Of a stretch of 39,910 nt of DNA, positions 1 through 9,904 are shown one piece after another. The stretch lies in NCBI GenBank assembly GCA_016204005.1, contig JACQLS010000021.1:1-39910 (forward strand). The letters are read 5' to 3'. Every line of letters starts with the position of its first letter. The stretch's first letter is position 1. The position numbers and the translations under genes were made by a program. Source of the DNA: Parcubacteria group bacterium. GTDB taxonomy: Bacteria > Patescibacteriota > Minisyncoccia > Phycocordibacterales > UBA2135. The notes below the pieces were generated by a model. The model made no database searches, was not told where the DNA came from, and saw only the letters and a list, made by a program, of their open reading frames with translations.

Positions 1-1568
1 ACTACCAATAAAGTAGAAAAAACTAATAATAACAAGAGACTGCGCACAGACAGGTTATAAAAAAGCTTATATTCCTCAGCTGTTTCGACACGCTCTATGT
101 ATAAATTTGTCTTTACATCAAATGATGGGCAATTATTCAAGTCGGTCACCAGGTCTCTTGATTTAGAGATGGTTTCGTCAAGATTGTAAACCTCTTTTAA
201 TACTCCGGATCTTCCTTCCAAAAGGACACCATCGGGACTAAGGCATGTATCAAGCCTTTTGTAAAAGGAAACCAACTCCTTAGATCCGTCAGAAGAACTG
301 AAGGTGATATTTTTGTAAGACCTGTCTAGAAAAGAAATTTTGTATTTGAGGACGTCTTTTAAAACATCGAGCTTTCTATCCAAAAGTGCAAGTAGGAAGA
401 AGTTATTACCAACTTGCTCTCTTATTACATCCCTCAACGTATTGACGAATGTCTCAGGGTTATATTCTCGAATACATTCATACGCGCTATAATCTATGAT
501 TGTATTGCACTTCACTGTGATTGTTGCGGGAATGGGCGGAATAGAAAAAATTGGGATCCAAAGTGTGAGCCAAAGACCTATGCTAAGAGCTAAGAAAATA
601 AGTAGGGGGATAGATCTCATTGGGATGGGAAACATAGAAAACACGACTTCTGTTAAAGAGATATCCGTTGATGGGGTTCCCCTTCGAGACATCATAACCA
701 TCCCGAAATCTTTTTTTGAAAAAGGTACGAGTATCATATCAATCAAATATAGTTGGGTGTAAGACGCATACGCAAAAAGCATAAGCAATAAATTTCTTAG
801 TGTTTTTTCTTGTTTATACTTTCCCCACAGATGGAGCGAGCCGAGTTCGTATTTGAGCGTCGGTGGGCGGTGGAACCAGCGCTTCTTCACAGTAAAGCCC
901 AGCTCGTTCAAGAGCATCTCCAAATTGTTCACAGAGAACTGGAAAAGGTGATAGGGCGGCGTGAGCGATGACCATGGGATGCCGAACCATGCATAAAGCG
1001 TACGCCCCATCTTTGCCCATCGGGAGTCCAGGTTTGGAGTTACTATGACCAAAAGACCGTTCTCCTTCAGCACGCGAGCGGCTTCTTTTACAAAAGCGCG
1101 CGGATCACGAATGTGTTCGATGATATCCCCTAAAAAGACGACGTCAAATTCTGCATTTCCAAAACGCGCCTCCTCAAGCGTCCCCACCTTTACATCGAGC
1201 CCGTTTGCCCGCCCGATCTCCGCTGTGAGCGCATTGAGTTCGACACCCGCAACATCAAATCCGGCTTTCTTTGCGTGATACAAAAACTTGCCGCTTGAAC
1301 AGCCAACATCGAGGAGTCGCCCATCGGGCTTCAGGCGTTGTATATCACCGAGAAGCCGCGCGCGTACTCCATCAAGGCGCGTTTGCGAAAGATCTTTCGT
1401 CTTCCCCTTCTGGTACCCCGCCTTTTCGGAATAGACTTCTTCGGCGAGAAACGCTTGTTCAGGTTGTGGATCTATAAAGACAAGACCGCAATGCGGGCAT
1501 TCGCGATACGTATAGCCATCCTTTTCAAGCAAAAAGTTGGTTGCGCTATGACAAACGTGGCATGTCAT
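1..1568 (-). CDS. Partial CDS (C-terminus beyond left edge): zinc-ribbon + class I SAM-dependent methyltransferase fused to a transmembrane segment and an uncharacterised C-terminal domain
   Basis: Absent from the ORF track because no stop lies inside the window. My own translation from ATG 1568-1566 gives MTCHVCHSATNFLLEKDGYTYRECPHCGLVFIDP (CxxC..CxxC), SAM motif I LLDVGCSSGKFL, FDVVFLGDIIEHIRDP, then hydrophobic IPLLIFLALSIGLWLTLWIPIF. The frame stays open to base 1 (about 522 codons). Track ORFs 814..1020(-) and 1045..1577(+) are out of frame or antisense to it. Confidence 0.8.
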   Translation of the reverse strand, partial: MTCHVCHSATNFLLEKDGYTYRECPHCGLVFIDPQPEQAFLAEEVYSEKAGYQKGKTKDLSQTRLDGVRARLLGDIQRLKPDGRLLDVGCSSGKFLYHAKKAGFDVAGVELNALTAEIGRANGLDVKVGTLEEARFGNAEFDVVFLGDIIEHIRDPRAFVKEAARVLKENGLLVIVTPNLDSRWAKMGRTLYAWFGIPWSSLTPPYHLFQFSVNNLEMLLNELGFTVKKRWFHRPPTLKYELGSLHLWGKYKQEKTLRNLLLMLFAYASYTQLYLIDMILVPFSKKDFGMVMMSRRGTPSTDISLTEVVFSMFPIPMRSIPLLIFLALSIGLWLTLWIPIFSIPPIPATITVKCNTIIDYSAYECIREYNPETFVNTLRDVIREQVGNNFFLLALLDRKLDVLKDVLKYKISFLDRSYKNITFSSSDGSKELVSFYKRLDTCLSPDGVLLEGRSGVLKEVYNLDETISKSRDLVTDLNNCPSFDVKTNLYIERVETAEEYKLFYNLSVRSLLLLLVFSTLLV

Positions 1569-1569
1569 A

Positions 1570-2589
1570 TTACTTGAGGAGCCCAATCTTTTTTGTCTCG
1601 TTAATAATCGTCATCGCGCGAGCTTTTGTGGAGTGTCGTTTCAAAATCTCCTGATATTCTTCGTCGAGGGCTTTCTCATCATAGCCGCTGCGCAAAAAGT
1701 CGCCGACTTTTTTCAGCTGATACTCAAAATCGTATAAGTTATTGTATTGGAAAACACGCTTAAAGTTCATTGCGTCGCTATCCGGTTCATAGAGATCGAA
1801 ACGCTCGGCAATAATAAGGCAGTCGTTACCCAAAATCTCCCAGAAGCGACGTGAGTCATACCCTGCCGCGCCCGTCGAGATGCCCACCTTGGTTCGCGCC
1901 CATATGTCGTGGGACTTTTCCGGAGAATACGGACCACGATTCAAGAGCGGCAGTTTGTATGTCTTCTTCGTGTGACAAGTAAAACCATTCTCCTTACAAA
2001 ACTTCTCCAAGAGCTCGGTTGTGTAACGGCGTGTTATCGGATAAAGCTCCTGCCCGAAGATAGAGGAGAAGTCGATGTCCTTCTTTTTGCTCGGGTCATA
2101 CTTTATGAATCGGGACTCAATGCCCAGGGGAAACGGTATCATTCCATTTGTATAGGGCTTCTCACGCCGAAAATAAAGCTGGCACTTCTCTAGCATCTCT
2201 TTGTCAGGCGCGCCGCGTCCGATGTATTCCCCCTTAATAATCTGGTACTGGAGCTCCGGGTCACGCCACCGGTTCTTCCCAATCTCCGCACCGTCAACAT
2301 AGACTGTCTTGTCCCATGCGCCAAGCTTTTCAATAAACGCTTTGTCCGTCCCATATTTTCCATACGAAAGGATGAGAAGATCCGCCTCACGCGCGAATGC
2401 TTCGAATTCTTCCTTTGAAAGCCCGAATTGTTTTGTGAACTCGCTACCAAACGGATGCGGATAGTGATTGGCGTAAGCAAACTTCAGACTTTGATTTTCT
2501 TTCGCAAGCAAACCAAGGCCGTCCAAGACAGTGTCGCAATAAAAATCATCTCGCTCTATTGGCGTTACAACGCCGATCTTATATTTCAT
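1570..2589 (-). CDS. Glycosyltransferase-like protein, CgeB-like GT-B C-terminal half (function uncertain)
   Basis: 339-aa track ORF tightly packed in the operon: its stop at 1570 lies 2 nt from ATG 1568, and it overlaps the upstream GT4 by 4 nt. GISTGAAGYDSRRFWEILGNDCLIIAERF resembles the nucleotide-sugar half of CgeB-type GT-B enzymes. No stronger motif seen. Confidence 0.45.
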   Translation of the reverse strand: MKYKIGVVTPIERDDFYCDTVLDGLGLLAKENQSLKFAYANHYPHPFGSEFTKQFGLSKEEFEAFAREADLLILSYGKYGTDKAFIEKLGAWDKTVYVDGAEIGKNRWRDPELQYQIIKGEYIGRGAPDKEMLEKCQLYFRREKPYTNGMIPFPLGIESRFIKYDPSKKKDIDFSSIFGQELYPITRRYTTELLEKFCKENGFTCHTKKTYKLPLLNRGPYSPEKSHDIWARTKVGISTGAAGYDSRRFWEILGNDCLIIAERFDLYEPDSDAMNFKRVFQYNNLYDFEYQLKKVGDFLRSGYDEKALDEEYQEILKRHSTKARAMTIINETKKIGLLK

Positions 2590-3641
2590 GATTCTTTGAG
2601 ATCTTCGACGATACGCTTGATGAGAGTAGAGAGAGCAAATTGCTCGCGGACTTTCGTTGAAAGTTGGTCTTCCATTTTTTGTCTCAACCCCTTGTCCATA
2701 TTCATGATTGAGAGTATCTGATTAGCGGTGTCTCGAGCGTCTCTTTCATTATATAAAAGATGGCCAGCATATTCTCCAAAGAGATCCGCAAAAGCCTTGT
2801 TGGCGGAAAGCGCTAGGGTGCCCGAAGCAATGCTTTCCAAAACAGCCTTGTCCATGCCCCCCGTCGGCGTCAGGTTAAGACTTACATCCGCCTCTCTGTA
2901 TAACTTCCCCATATCGACAAAGGGCACCTTGCCGACAAAGGTGACTTTGTCTTTAAGACCCCTTGCTTCTACGAGAAGCTTGAGTGTTCTCTCGTAGGCG
3001 CTATCGCTCGGTGTTGTAGGAACACCTACGAGCTTCACATGAAATGCTTCCCCGCGTGATTGTATGATCGCGAGCGCTTCAATGAGGATATCGAGATTCT
3101 TTATTGCCGTGATTCTTCCGACATGGAGAATCTGAAGGACGTGGGAATCTGCAGAAGCACTTTTGCGCGGGAAAAGGGATACATCGATACCGTGCCCGAC
3201 AAAACGAACCTTTTTGCTTTTGAGACGAAAGGCCTCGGGCGTCGTGCTCCAGATAACATGCGCGAGTTTTTCTGCGATACGAAGTTTAAGGTCAACATTT
3301 CGGTGGACATACCAGAGCCCAATACGCCTCCTTAGAAGCCGCCAGAGGTCACCCCCCAAGACGACATATTCCGGATTCATGTGCACAAACACTTTTTCAT
3401 ACTGATGTCGTTCCTTCCAAATGATTCGAAAAAAGCGCCACAGATATAAAATCCTGGAGCGCTTTTTTTCTTTACCTAGGGAAAACACACGAACGTTCTT
3501 TGGGAGGTCGTGCGCACCCTCTTCGAGGCAGATGACAGTGAGCTTTTTGCTCTGTTTCGCGAACTCTAAAAGCCAATGGTAGAAGAAACCGAGTGTTTCG
3601 TCTTGCGAATCAACTTTTTGCGTTATTATTAAAAGATTCAT
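2586..3641 (-). CDS. Glycosyltransferase family 4 (GT-B)
   Basis: Track ORF 2586..3737 trimmed to ATG 3641 (MNLLIITQKVD...). C-terminal EADVSLNLTPTGGMDKAVLESIASGTLAL fits the GT4 E-x7-E region. Confidence 0.8.
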   Translation of the reverse strand: MNLLIITQKVDSQDETLGFFYHWLLEFAKQSKKLTVICLEEGAHDLPKNVRVFSLGKEKKRSRILYLWRFFRIIWKERHQYEKVFVHMNPEYVVLGGDLWRLLRRRIGLWYVHRNVDLKLRIAEKLAHVIWSTTPEAFRLKSKKVRFVGHGIDVSLFPRKSASADSHVLQILHVGRITAIKNLDILIEALAIIQSRGEAFHVKLVGVPTTPSDSAYERTLKLLVEARGLKDKVTFVGKVPFVDMGKLYREADVSLNLTPTGGMDKAVLESIASGTLALSANKAFADLFGEYAGHLLYNERDARDTANQILSIMNMDKGLRQKMEDQLSTKVREQFALSTLIKRIVEDLKES

Positions 3642-4428
3642 TGGAAGATGTCTTTTCCTTTGGAACAGGTAGTGCCACAAGTTTGTTGTTGATCTCTTCA
3701 ACTCGCTCGAGGAGTCCGATATCAACTCCAAGCTCATGGGCTTTCTGAATCAAAGCGCGGGTGTCTTTTGGAATACATTTGCCGCCGTACCCACGATACC
3801 CCTTGTGAAAGACGGTAAGGTGGCTTCGCCCGATGCGCTTGTCAGCCGCGGTAGCATCTTTAACTCGGTCATAATCAATGCCCAGTGCCTCGCAAATGTC
3901 ATACATCTGGTTCGCAAACACTACCTTTGTTCCAAACCACGTGTTGCTGAAATACTTCACCATCTCTGCTTCTGTTGCCGGCAAAATACGCTCAAATGAA
4001 GCAAGGGGAAGAATCTGCATGAAATCACCTGCGATAGAGTAACTCTCTTTTGTGTACCCAACAATTTGCCGGTCGGGGTACCGCATGTCCTGATCCGCGG
4101 TCTCCTCCGTTAAGAATTCTGGGTTAAAAATGAATTTCTGTTGCGGGTATTCCTTCTGGAGTAATTCCGTAGTACCGGGAAGCACTGTCGATTTGATGAC
4201 AACGATTTTCCCCGGGAGAAGCCCGTTTACAGCCTCACGGACGATAGAGAGGTCAAAACCACCCTTCTCTTCATCATACGGCGTAGGAACACAGATGAAA
4301 ACGGCATCCGCCTGATTCACCTCTTTAAGAGACCCCAAACCTTTGTGTGGATCGTAGAGGATTGGGTCTTTAAAAACACGCGCAACAGCGCCGCCCACCA
4401 TGCCAACACCCATAATGCCTACTTTCAT
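3610..4428 (-). CDS. UDP-glucose/GDP-mannose dehydrogenase family protein, short form (272 aa)
   Basis: Rossmann N-terminus MKVGIMGVGMVGGAV and catalytic-Cys motif GGKCIPKDT. It ends well before the usual C-terminal UDP-binding domain. Confidence 0.7.
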   Translation of the reverse strand: MKVGIMGVGMVGGAVARVFKDPILYDPHKGLGSLKEVNQADAVFICVPTPYDEEKGGFDLSIVREAVNGLLPGKIVVIKSTVLPGTTELLQKEYPQQKFIFNPEFLTEETADQDMRYPDRQIVGYTKESYSIAGDFMQILPLASFERILPATEAEMVKYFSNTWFGTKVVFANQMYDICEALGIDYDRVKDATAADKRIGRSHLTVFHKGYRGYGGKCIPKDTRALIQKAHELGVDIGLLERVEEINNKLVALPVPKEKTSSNESFNNNAKS

Positions 4429-4507
4429 AGAATGCGTTGAGAGTTATACAATAATTTGAATATCCTATGGTATATGCTAACAACCGGAAATGCAAAAAAG
4501 TTCGACT

Positions 4508-5203
4508 TTACTCTCCCCTTAAATCATTTTCTTTTTTGAGCGCTCCTTCTGCGTTGATAACGTCTTCGGGCATATTAACCGTAACCCACATCGTCGCCGC
4601 ACGGACATGAACGGGGCGATCTTTCGCAAGTTGAGTGAGGAGTACTGGAATAAAGTATTCTCCGTTCGAGTGCGGTTCTGCTTTGTATCTAAAAATATCA
4701 GGGTCAAGTACCATGGCCCCTGTCGCCACCAAGTTTGTCGGGGGCTCCTTTGGTTTTTCTATAATGTCGCGGAGTGTTCCGTCTTCATTTAAAGTGAGAA
4801 CCCCAAACCTCTCGGGATGATCATGCTTTTCTGCAAGGAGACCCAAAGGAAGTTTTACGAGATCTTCGAGTGACCTTTTGTCGTAGATATCGTCGGCATT
4901 TAGGAGCAAGAACTTCCCTTTGAGGTGTTCCTTGCAAAGACCGAGAGCGTGAGCCGTCCCCAGCTGTTCCTCCTGCCATACGTACTGTATTTTCCTCCCA
5001 AATGCTTCGTCTCCTATTTCTTTGACAATCTGGTCACCTCGGTAGCCGACGACAATGAGGACTTGGACGATTTCGTCGGGAAGACGCTCGAGAATATGTC
5101 GCATAATCGGCTTGCCAGAGACTAAGACAAGCGACTTTGGACGTGTTTCCGTAAGCGGTCGAAGCCGCGTCCCCTTTCCTGCTGCTAAAATAACACATTG
5201 CAT
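4508..5203 (-). CDS. Sugar-1-phosphate nucleotidyltransferase
   Basis: ILAAGKGTRLRPLT signature. Start moved from TTG 5221 to ATG 5203 (MQCVILAAGKG). Confidence 0.8.
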   Translation of the reverse strand: MQCVILAAGKGTRLRPLTETRPKSLVLVSGKPIMRHILERLPDEIVQVLIVVGYRGDQIVKEIGDEAFGRKIQYVWQEEQLGTAHALGLCKEHLKGKFLLLNADDIYDKRSLEDLVKLPLGLLAEKHDHPERFGVLTLNEDGTLRDIIEKPKEPPTNLVATGAMVLDPDIFRYKAEPHSNGEYFIPVLLTQLAKDRPVHVRAATMWVTVNMPEDVINAEGALKKENDLRGE

Positions 5204-5221
5204 AAATGTTTGATTCAACAA

Positions 5222-6208
5222 TTAGAGCACAGACATTATGGCTTTAGCCAACTTCTCCGAGTCATGACGAATGAGTGTACGCCGCAACATATCTACCTTC
5301 GGCGTCTCGTGAAGACGATCGGCAAGCAAATTGAGCCCAAGAACAGAACGTCCTCGAAACTCTTTTGTTGGAACAAATTGAACCGGCTCTCCTTCGTCAA
5401 CGTTTTCATGAATGAGTCGCTGGGAAGGTTTCTTCGTATTATAAATGACTGTCTCAATAATTCCAGGTTTGAGTCTTGACTCTATTTCGCGCACATAATC
5501 AAACACGGAGAATCCGTCAGTGTGCCCGTGCTTAGTCATTAGATTTGCAATAAAAACTTTCTTCGCTTTAGAATGCACGACCGCGGCCCTTAGACCGCCT
5601 ACAAGAAAATTAGGAAGAAGTGAACTATAGAGGTTTCCGGGCCCTATCACAATCATGTCTGCTTCTTTAATCGCAGTAATTGCCTTTGGGTTAACTTGTG
5701 CGCTCGGAGAAAGGTAGAGACGCTTCAAACCAAATCGTGAGATGAGTTGGTAGGCTGAAATAGCGGCCTCGCCATACAGCACCTTACCGTTATTAAGCTC
5801 CGCTATTAAGCGCACCTTTTCGAGAGTTACGGGGCAGACAGACCCTCTGATTTGCAAAACGCCACCTGCGAGGTCGACCGCTTTATCGAGGCTCCCGGTA
5901 ATCTGTTCCAGTGCGCTCAAAAACAAATTTCCCGCGCTATGACCGGCGAGTTCTCCGCTCTGGAAACGGTGGGAAAACAACTGTTGCAAGATAGGGTCTC
6001 CTTCTGAAAGAGCAACCAAGCACTGACGAACATCGCCCGGCGGCAAGACACCAAACTCGGTGCGAAGACGCCCCGTTGAACCGCCATCATCAGCCATAGT
6101 AACAACCGCGGTTAAGTTAACCGGATGTTTCTTAAGGCCAGAAAGCACGGTATGTGAACCTGTGCCGCCGCCTATGACCACTATATTTGGTTTTCGGTTT
6201 TCAGACAT
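5222..6208 (-). CDS. YvcK/CofD-family protein (UPF0052, gluconeogenesis factor-like)
   Basis: NIVVIGGGTGSHTVLSGLK and MADDGGSTGRLR motifs typical of the YvcK/CofD family. 328 aa. Confidence 0.75.
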   Translation of the reverse strand: MSENRKPNIVVIGGGTGSHTVLSGLKKHPVNLTAVVTMADDGGSTGRLRTEFGVLPPGDVRQCLVALSEGDPILQQLFSHRFQSGELAGHSAGNLFLSALEQITGSLDKAVDLAGGVLQIRGSVCPVTLEKVRLIAELNNGKVLYGEAAISAYQLISRFGLKRLYLSPSAQVNPKAITAIKEADMIVIGPGNLYSSLLPNFLVGGLRAAVVHSKAKKVFIANLMTKHGHTDGFSVFDYVREIESRLKPGIIETVIYNTKKPSQRLIHENVDEGEPVQFVPTKEFRGRSVLGLNLLADRLHETPKVDMLRRTLIRHDSEKLAKAIMSVL

Positions 6209-7314
6209 TGTGTAAGCGCCGCTTTGTACCGCGAAAGGTAGTCTGCTTCAGAATAGGAGAGAGAGTTTATGGCCTGCTCGGCTTTAAGCACCAGGGAGTC
6301 CCTTGCTCTGCCCCCCACCTCAAGTTCTATAAGACGCTCCGCAAGACATCTCGCATCTCCAACGGAACAGACGAGGGCGCTCAAACGATCTTTGAGAATT
6401 TCTCCGGCTATGCCGACATTAGTTGTTACAATTGGGCATCCTGCCGCGGCCGCTTCAACAAGTGCCATGCCAAATCCTTCGTAATTCGACGTCAGGAGAA
6501 ACGCATCCGCACTTTTATAATATGATACCAGATCATCCTGCCACTCTTCAAAGACGACATTGGCTTCCAGCTTATCCTGTATGACTTTTAGCTTTAACCT
6601 GTCGCCTTCTGGGCCACTTCCTACTATAACTAGCCCCGCCTTCGGGTGGTTTACCACGACGTCACGAAAAGCCCGAATGGCAAGGGTATGGTTTTTTTCT
6701 ATCGTCTGGCGGCCGACAGAGAGGACAATAAAATCAAATTGTGGGTATTTGTCGCGCAGACTGAACTTTTGTTCTGCGTTGTGTATTTTTTTGATATCAA
6801 CATAGATGGGCAAAACAACGGGTTCAGTCTGTAGTCTGTAGTTCGTAGTTTGTAGTGATTGTTTTATACGCTCTGAAACGACACGGATGCAGTCGGCGCG
6901 GGGTAATAGGAGCCGCGCGATGAGAACGCGCACTTTGTTCACAAACGTCTTCGCAAAATACGGGGAAAGAAAATCTGTGTGTATTTGAAGCTGAATAGGC
7001 ACCCCTAGTCTCTTTGCCGTCCTCCAAGCCAGAAAACCGAGCTCGAATGGGTCTTGAGAGGTAACCAAACTGACACTCTTGAACTCGGCAATAGAAATGC
7101 CGCGCATCATGAGCATAAACCAAGAAAGAATGCCCCCGGCAGAAATGTGCCATGCCGTGACATTATCCGCAATAGCGACTGGCGTGAAGTGCCCCCTTCC
7201 GACCACGATGATGGAAAGGCGGTCAAAGATAGAACCGTAGTTAATCATGCGATTCCGAACCGCGCTTTTCGCATCAAAAATCTTCACGTCTGTTGAAAAC
7301 ATCAGGACGTGCAT
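6181..7314 (-). CDS. Glycosyltransferase family 4
   Basis: SADAFLLTSNYEGFGMALVEAAAAGCPIVTTNVG (E-x7-E region). Overlaps the yvcK-like start by 28 nt. Confidence 0.85.
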   Translation of the reverse strand: MHVLMFSTDVKIFDAKSAVRNRMINYGSIFDRLSIIVVGRGHFTPVAIADNVTAWHISAGGILSWFMLMMRGISIAEFKSVSLVTSQDPFELGFLAWRTAKRLGVPIQLQIHTDFLSPYFAKTFVNKVRVLIARLLLPRADCIRVVSERIKQSLQTTNYRLQTEPVVLPIYVDIKKIHNAEQKFSLRDKYPQFDFIVLSVGRQTIEKNHTLAIRAFRDVVVNHPKAGLVIVGSGPEGDRLKLKVIQDKLEANVVFEEWQDDLVSYYKSADAFLLTSNYEGFGMALVEAAAAGCPIVTTNVGIAGEILKDRLSALVCSVGDARCLAERLIELEVGGRARDSLVLKAEQAINSLSYSEADYLSRYKAALTQCLKTENQI

Positions 7315-7315
7315 A

Positions 7316-8377
7316 TTATTTTTGCATCTGCGACAAGACGTGCTTCAAGAACGCGTCGAAGCGAAGATACTTTTTAAACGTTTCGCGCGCCTGTACCTGT
7401 GCAGCAGCAAATTCTTCCGGGGAATGTTTGTTATAAAAATCTAAAATGTATTCTTCCACGCGTCCTACATCCTCATGGGGAACGACCACAACGAAATCAC
7501 GATACTTGATTTCTTTTTCAAGCGGCAGAATGGACTCTGTGTCAACAAGAACGGGAATGCGCCCGAGGGCAAGTGCCTCGTAAAACCGGACGGAGAAATT
7601 CCCGTCACCACGAGGGGCAAGAACAAAATCCGACTCTTGAATGTTCTTGAGGTACTCTGCGCGCATTGCTTCTTGCGTCATGGCACGCTTCGCATGCTTA
7701 TTGGCAACGTAAAAATCGCGGGATATAAACGAGGTCTCGACACGTGGGGAATTAAGAAGCGTGCGCATAGCCTTTCGCCGAAAATAAACCCCCTGCTTGT
7801 GGGCATTGGCGTGTGAGTCATGGAGAACAATGCTACGAAAATCACACAACAGTAATTTCTGATAATATCGAAGGCGCTGACGGAGTGATTGAAACTCCGA
7901 CCATCCGCAGAAACTGACGACTGGCTTTTCTGACTTCTGTCGTATACTAAAATTTTCATCCAAGAGAATATCGCCACCGTACACCTGCGGCACCATTATG
8001 ATCTCATTGTCTTGCTTTTTGTATTTATATTGCCCAACGCAAAAAACCTGCGCGTTGGGTATCTTCTCATACTCACTTTCGTCTGAATAATGAAACAGTA
8101 AAATCTTTTTATTGTGTTCTTGAGCAAGGCGCGTGAAGTGTTCTATATACCCCCTTTCCTTCTGCGCAAATGAGTAGTTATGCGGGACCATGAAAAAGTC
8201 TGCTTCCGCAGGATTGTGCACCACGTTTATGAAGCCAAAATCCATCTCATCAAAAATCGCCCGAAAGGGCTTCGGGCCGACATATTCGGATACGCCCAGG
8301 TGGCGTTTTAAAATCGGATAGAGGGGCCGCTCCGGCAAGGTGGCACCGATATACACCGAGATCGCTTTATCTGCCAT
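7316..8377 (-). CDS. Exostosin-like glycosyltransferase (GT47-like)
   Basis: PAEADFFMVPHNYSF and DFVLAPRGDGNFSVRFYEALALGRIPVLV match the exostosin-family pattern. Confidence 0.7.
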   Translation of the reverse strand: MADKAISVYIGATLPERPLYPILKRHLGVSEYVGPKPFRAIFDEMDFGFINVVHNPAEADFFMVPHNYSFAQKERGYIEHFTRLAQEHNKKILLFHYSDESEYEKIPNAQVFCVGQYKYKKQDNEIIMVPQVYGGDILLDENFSIRQKSEKPVVSFCGWSEFQSLRQRLRYYQKLLLCDFRSIVLHDSHANAHKQGVYFRRKAMRTLLNSPRVETSFISRDFYVANKHAKRAMTQEAMRAEYLKNIQESDFVLAPRGDGNFSVRFYEALALGRIPVLVDTESILPLEKEIKYRDFVVVVPHEDVGRVEEYILDFYNKHSPEEFAAAQVQARETFKKYLRFDAFLKHVLSQMQK

Positions 8378-8382
8378 ACGTA

Positions 8383-9900
8383 TTAGAACGATACAAGCAC
8401 CCTTTTCGTTGCCTCTAGCATGTGTTCTTTCGAGAACTGCCTTACGTATTCTTCTGCATTTTTAGAGCGTTTTTCTGCTTCTCCGCGCTCTTTCAAAACG
8501 GAAAGAATCGCCGCCGCAAGAGCCCCCCTATCGTTGTAAGAAACAAGGAGTCCCGTCTTTCCATTTTCTATGAGCTCCGGATTGCCACCCACATTGGTGG
8601 TAACGATAGGGACGCCAATCCCCATTGCTTCGAGAATGAGGTGAGAAAGACCCTCATACCCAGTATTAAGTACAAAGAGATCCGAGGCCTGCAAATACTT
8701 TAGGAGTTCATCGTGGGAAACATTACCCGCCATGAGTACCGGAGTCTTTAGCTTTAAGCTTTGAGCTTTGAGCTTTTCTTCTTGAGGGCCTGAACCCACA
8801 ACAATCAATTTCACATCGGGTATTTGTTTCTGAATCTCTGTCATGAGATCAATCAATGTATCGAACCCTTTCCATGGAACAAGACGCCCCGCTGAGACAA
8901 TGACAGATCCGCTTAGGTGGAGGGCCTTGCGCAGTTCGTCTCTACTCTCACCACTCTGCGGTGCTTCAAATGCGTTATGTATGACAACAATCTTTTCCCC
9001 GGGAACTCCCCACAACATGACTATCTTTTTTAAATATTCACTTGGCACAATAACTTTATCCGCCTTCTTGGCGACCAGATGCTCAATCTTTCGCCTCAAT
9101 TCTGTCACAAGATCAAAGTGTCTTTTTTGGAACTCCTCCGGCGTGATGAAAGAAGAGTCTGAAATTTCTAGTTTTTGTTTTTGCAGTAACTGCTCCCAGG
9201 CGTAGTCACCGACTATTTTGACGAAGAACTTCTTTTTGAGCATTCTTGCCGCAAGAAATGCGGGGAAACCAACAGAGACCGGATCAAGAGCAAAAACGAC
9301 ATCTGCGTGTGTCGCTCTCTGCAAGATTTCAAAAAAATATATAAAGTGGCGGACGACTCTCGGGAACACACGAACACTTCTGAACGGGAAAACTTCAATG
9401 GGAACGTTACGCTTGGGGAGTTCTTCTTCTATTATTTTCACATAGGTGGCAGGACCACCCGTCTCTGGAGGGTAAAGTCCCGTGGCGACAAGGACTTTTC
9501 CCGTTTTCCTCTCCTTTGCCCCGCGCATCGTGAAAATAAGGCTATAAAAGAGGAAGCTCGCCGCCGCAATCGCGCCGATAACAAGAATCTGCGCAACCAT
9601 GTAATGCATCTCAAATGCTTCGACCAATACATACATGAAGGCGCCATTGAGGATAATGTCGACGGTGGCGATAATAGCATAATAAAAAAATTGGACGGGG
9701 GCGCTTTCGAGATTTTCATTTTTAAACGTCCAAAACTTCTGGAGGGCGAAACTGACGACAATAGCAACACCCACGGCAACCGTTGAGGCAAAAATATAGT
9801 GGTAACCAAACGTGTTGACAAGCACATACAAAAGACCCAAGTGTACCACTCCAGCGGAGAAGCCCGAGATGCCGTATCTAAGAAGCGCGAAGTTAAACAT
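8383..9900 (-). CDS. GtrA-like membrane domain fused to a GT4 glycosyltransferase
   Basis: The N-terminal ~125 aa has four hydrophobic helices with a GtrA-like start (GISGFSAGVVHLGLLYVLV). The C-terminal part has a GT4 region ASDLFVLNTGYEGLSHLILEAMGIGVPIVTTNVGG. Confidence 0.75.
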   Translation of the reverse strand: MFNFALLRYGISGFSAGVVHLGLLYVLVNTFGYHYIFASTVAVGVAIVVSFALQKFWTFKNENLESAPVQFFYYAIIATVDIILNGAFMYVLVEAFEMHYMVAQILVIGAIAAASFLFYSLIFTMRGAKERKTGKVLVATGLYPPETGGPATYVKIIEEELPKRNVPIEVFPFRSVRVFPRVVRHFIYFFEILQRATHADVVFALDPVSVGFPAFLAARMLKKKFFVKIVGDYAWEQLLQKQKLEISDSSFITPEEFQKRHFDLVTELRRKIEHLVAKKADKVIVPSEYLKKIVMLWGVPGEKIVVIHNAFEAPQSGESRDELRKALHLSGSVIVSAGRLVPWKGFDTLIDLMTEIQKQIPDVKLIVVGSGPQEEKLKAQSLKLKTPVLMAGNVSHDELLKYLQASDLFVLNTGYEGLSHLILEAMGIGVPIVTTNVGGNPELIENGKTGLLVSYNDRGALAAAILSVLKERGEAEKRSKNAEEYVRQFSKEHMLEATKRVLVSF

Positions 9901-9904
9901 ACAA

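Noticed and set aside
814-1577. Track ORFs 814..1020(-), 1045..1278(+), 1271..1477(+), 1338..1577(+)
   Set aside because: All are out of frame with, or antisense to, the long open minus-strand methyltransferase frame (1..1568). Their sequences are Ser/Arg-rich and non-protein-like.
6828-6855. Heptamer tandem repeat TCTGTAG TCTGTAG TTCGTAG TTTGTAG inside a GT4 gene (possible phase-variation tract)
   Set aside because: Only two perfect units and the rest are imperfect. It encodes an in-frame LQTTNYRLQT segment, and the tract is too short and degenerate for slipped-strand switching.
8746-8777. Heptamer repeat CTTTAAG CTTTGAG CTTTGAG inside the GtrA-GT4 gene
   Set aside because: Same reasoning: it has at most two perfect copies and is explained by a KLKAQSLKLK coding segment.
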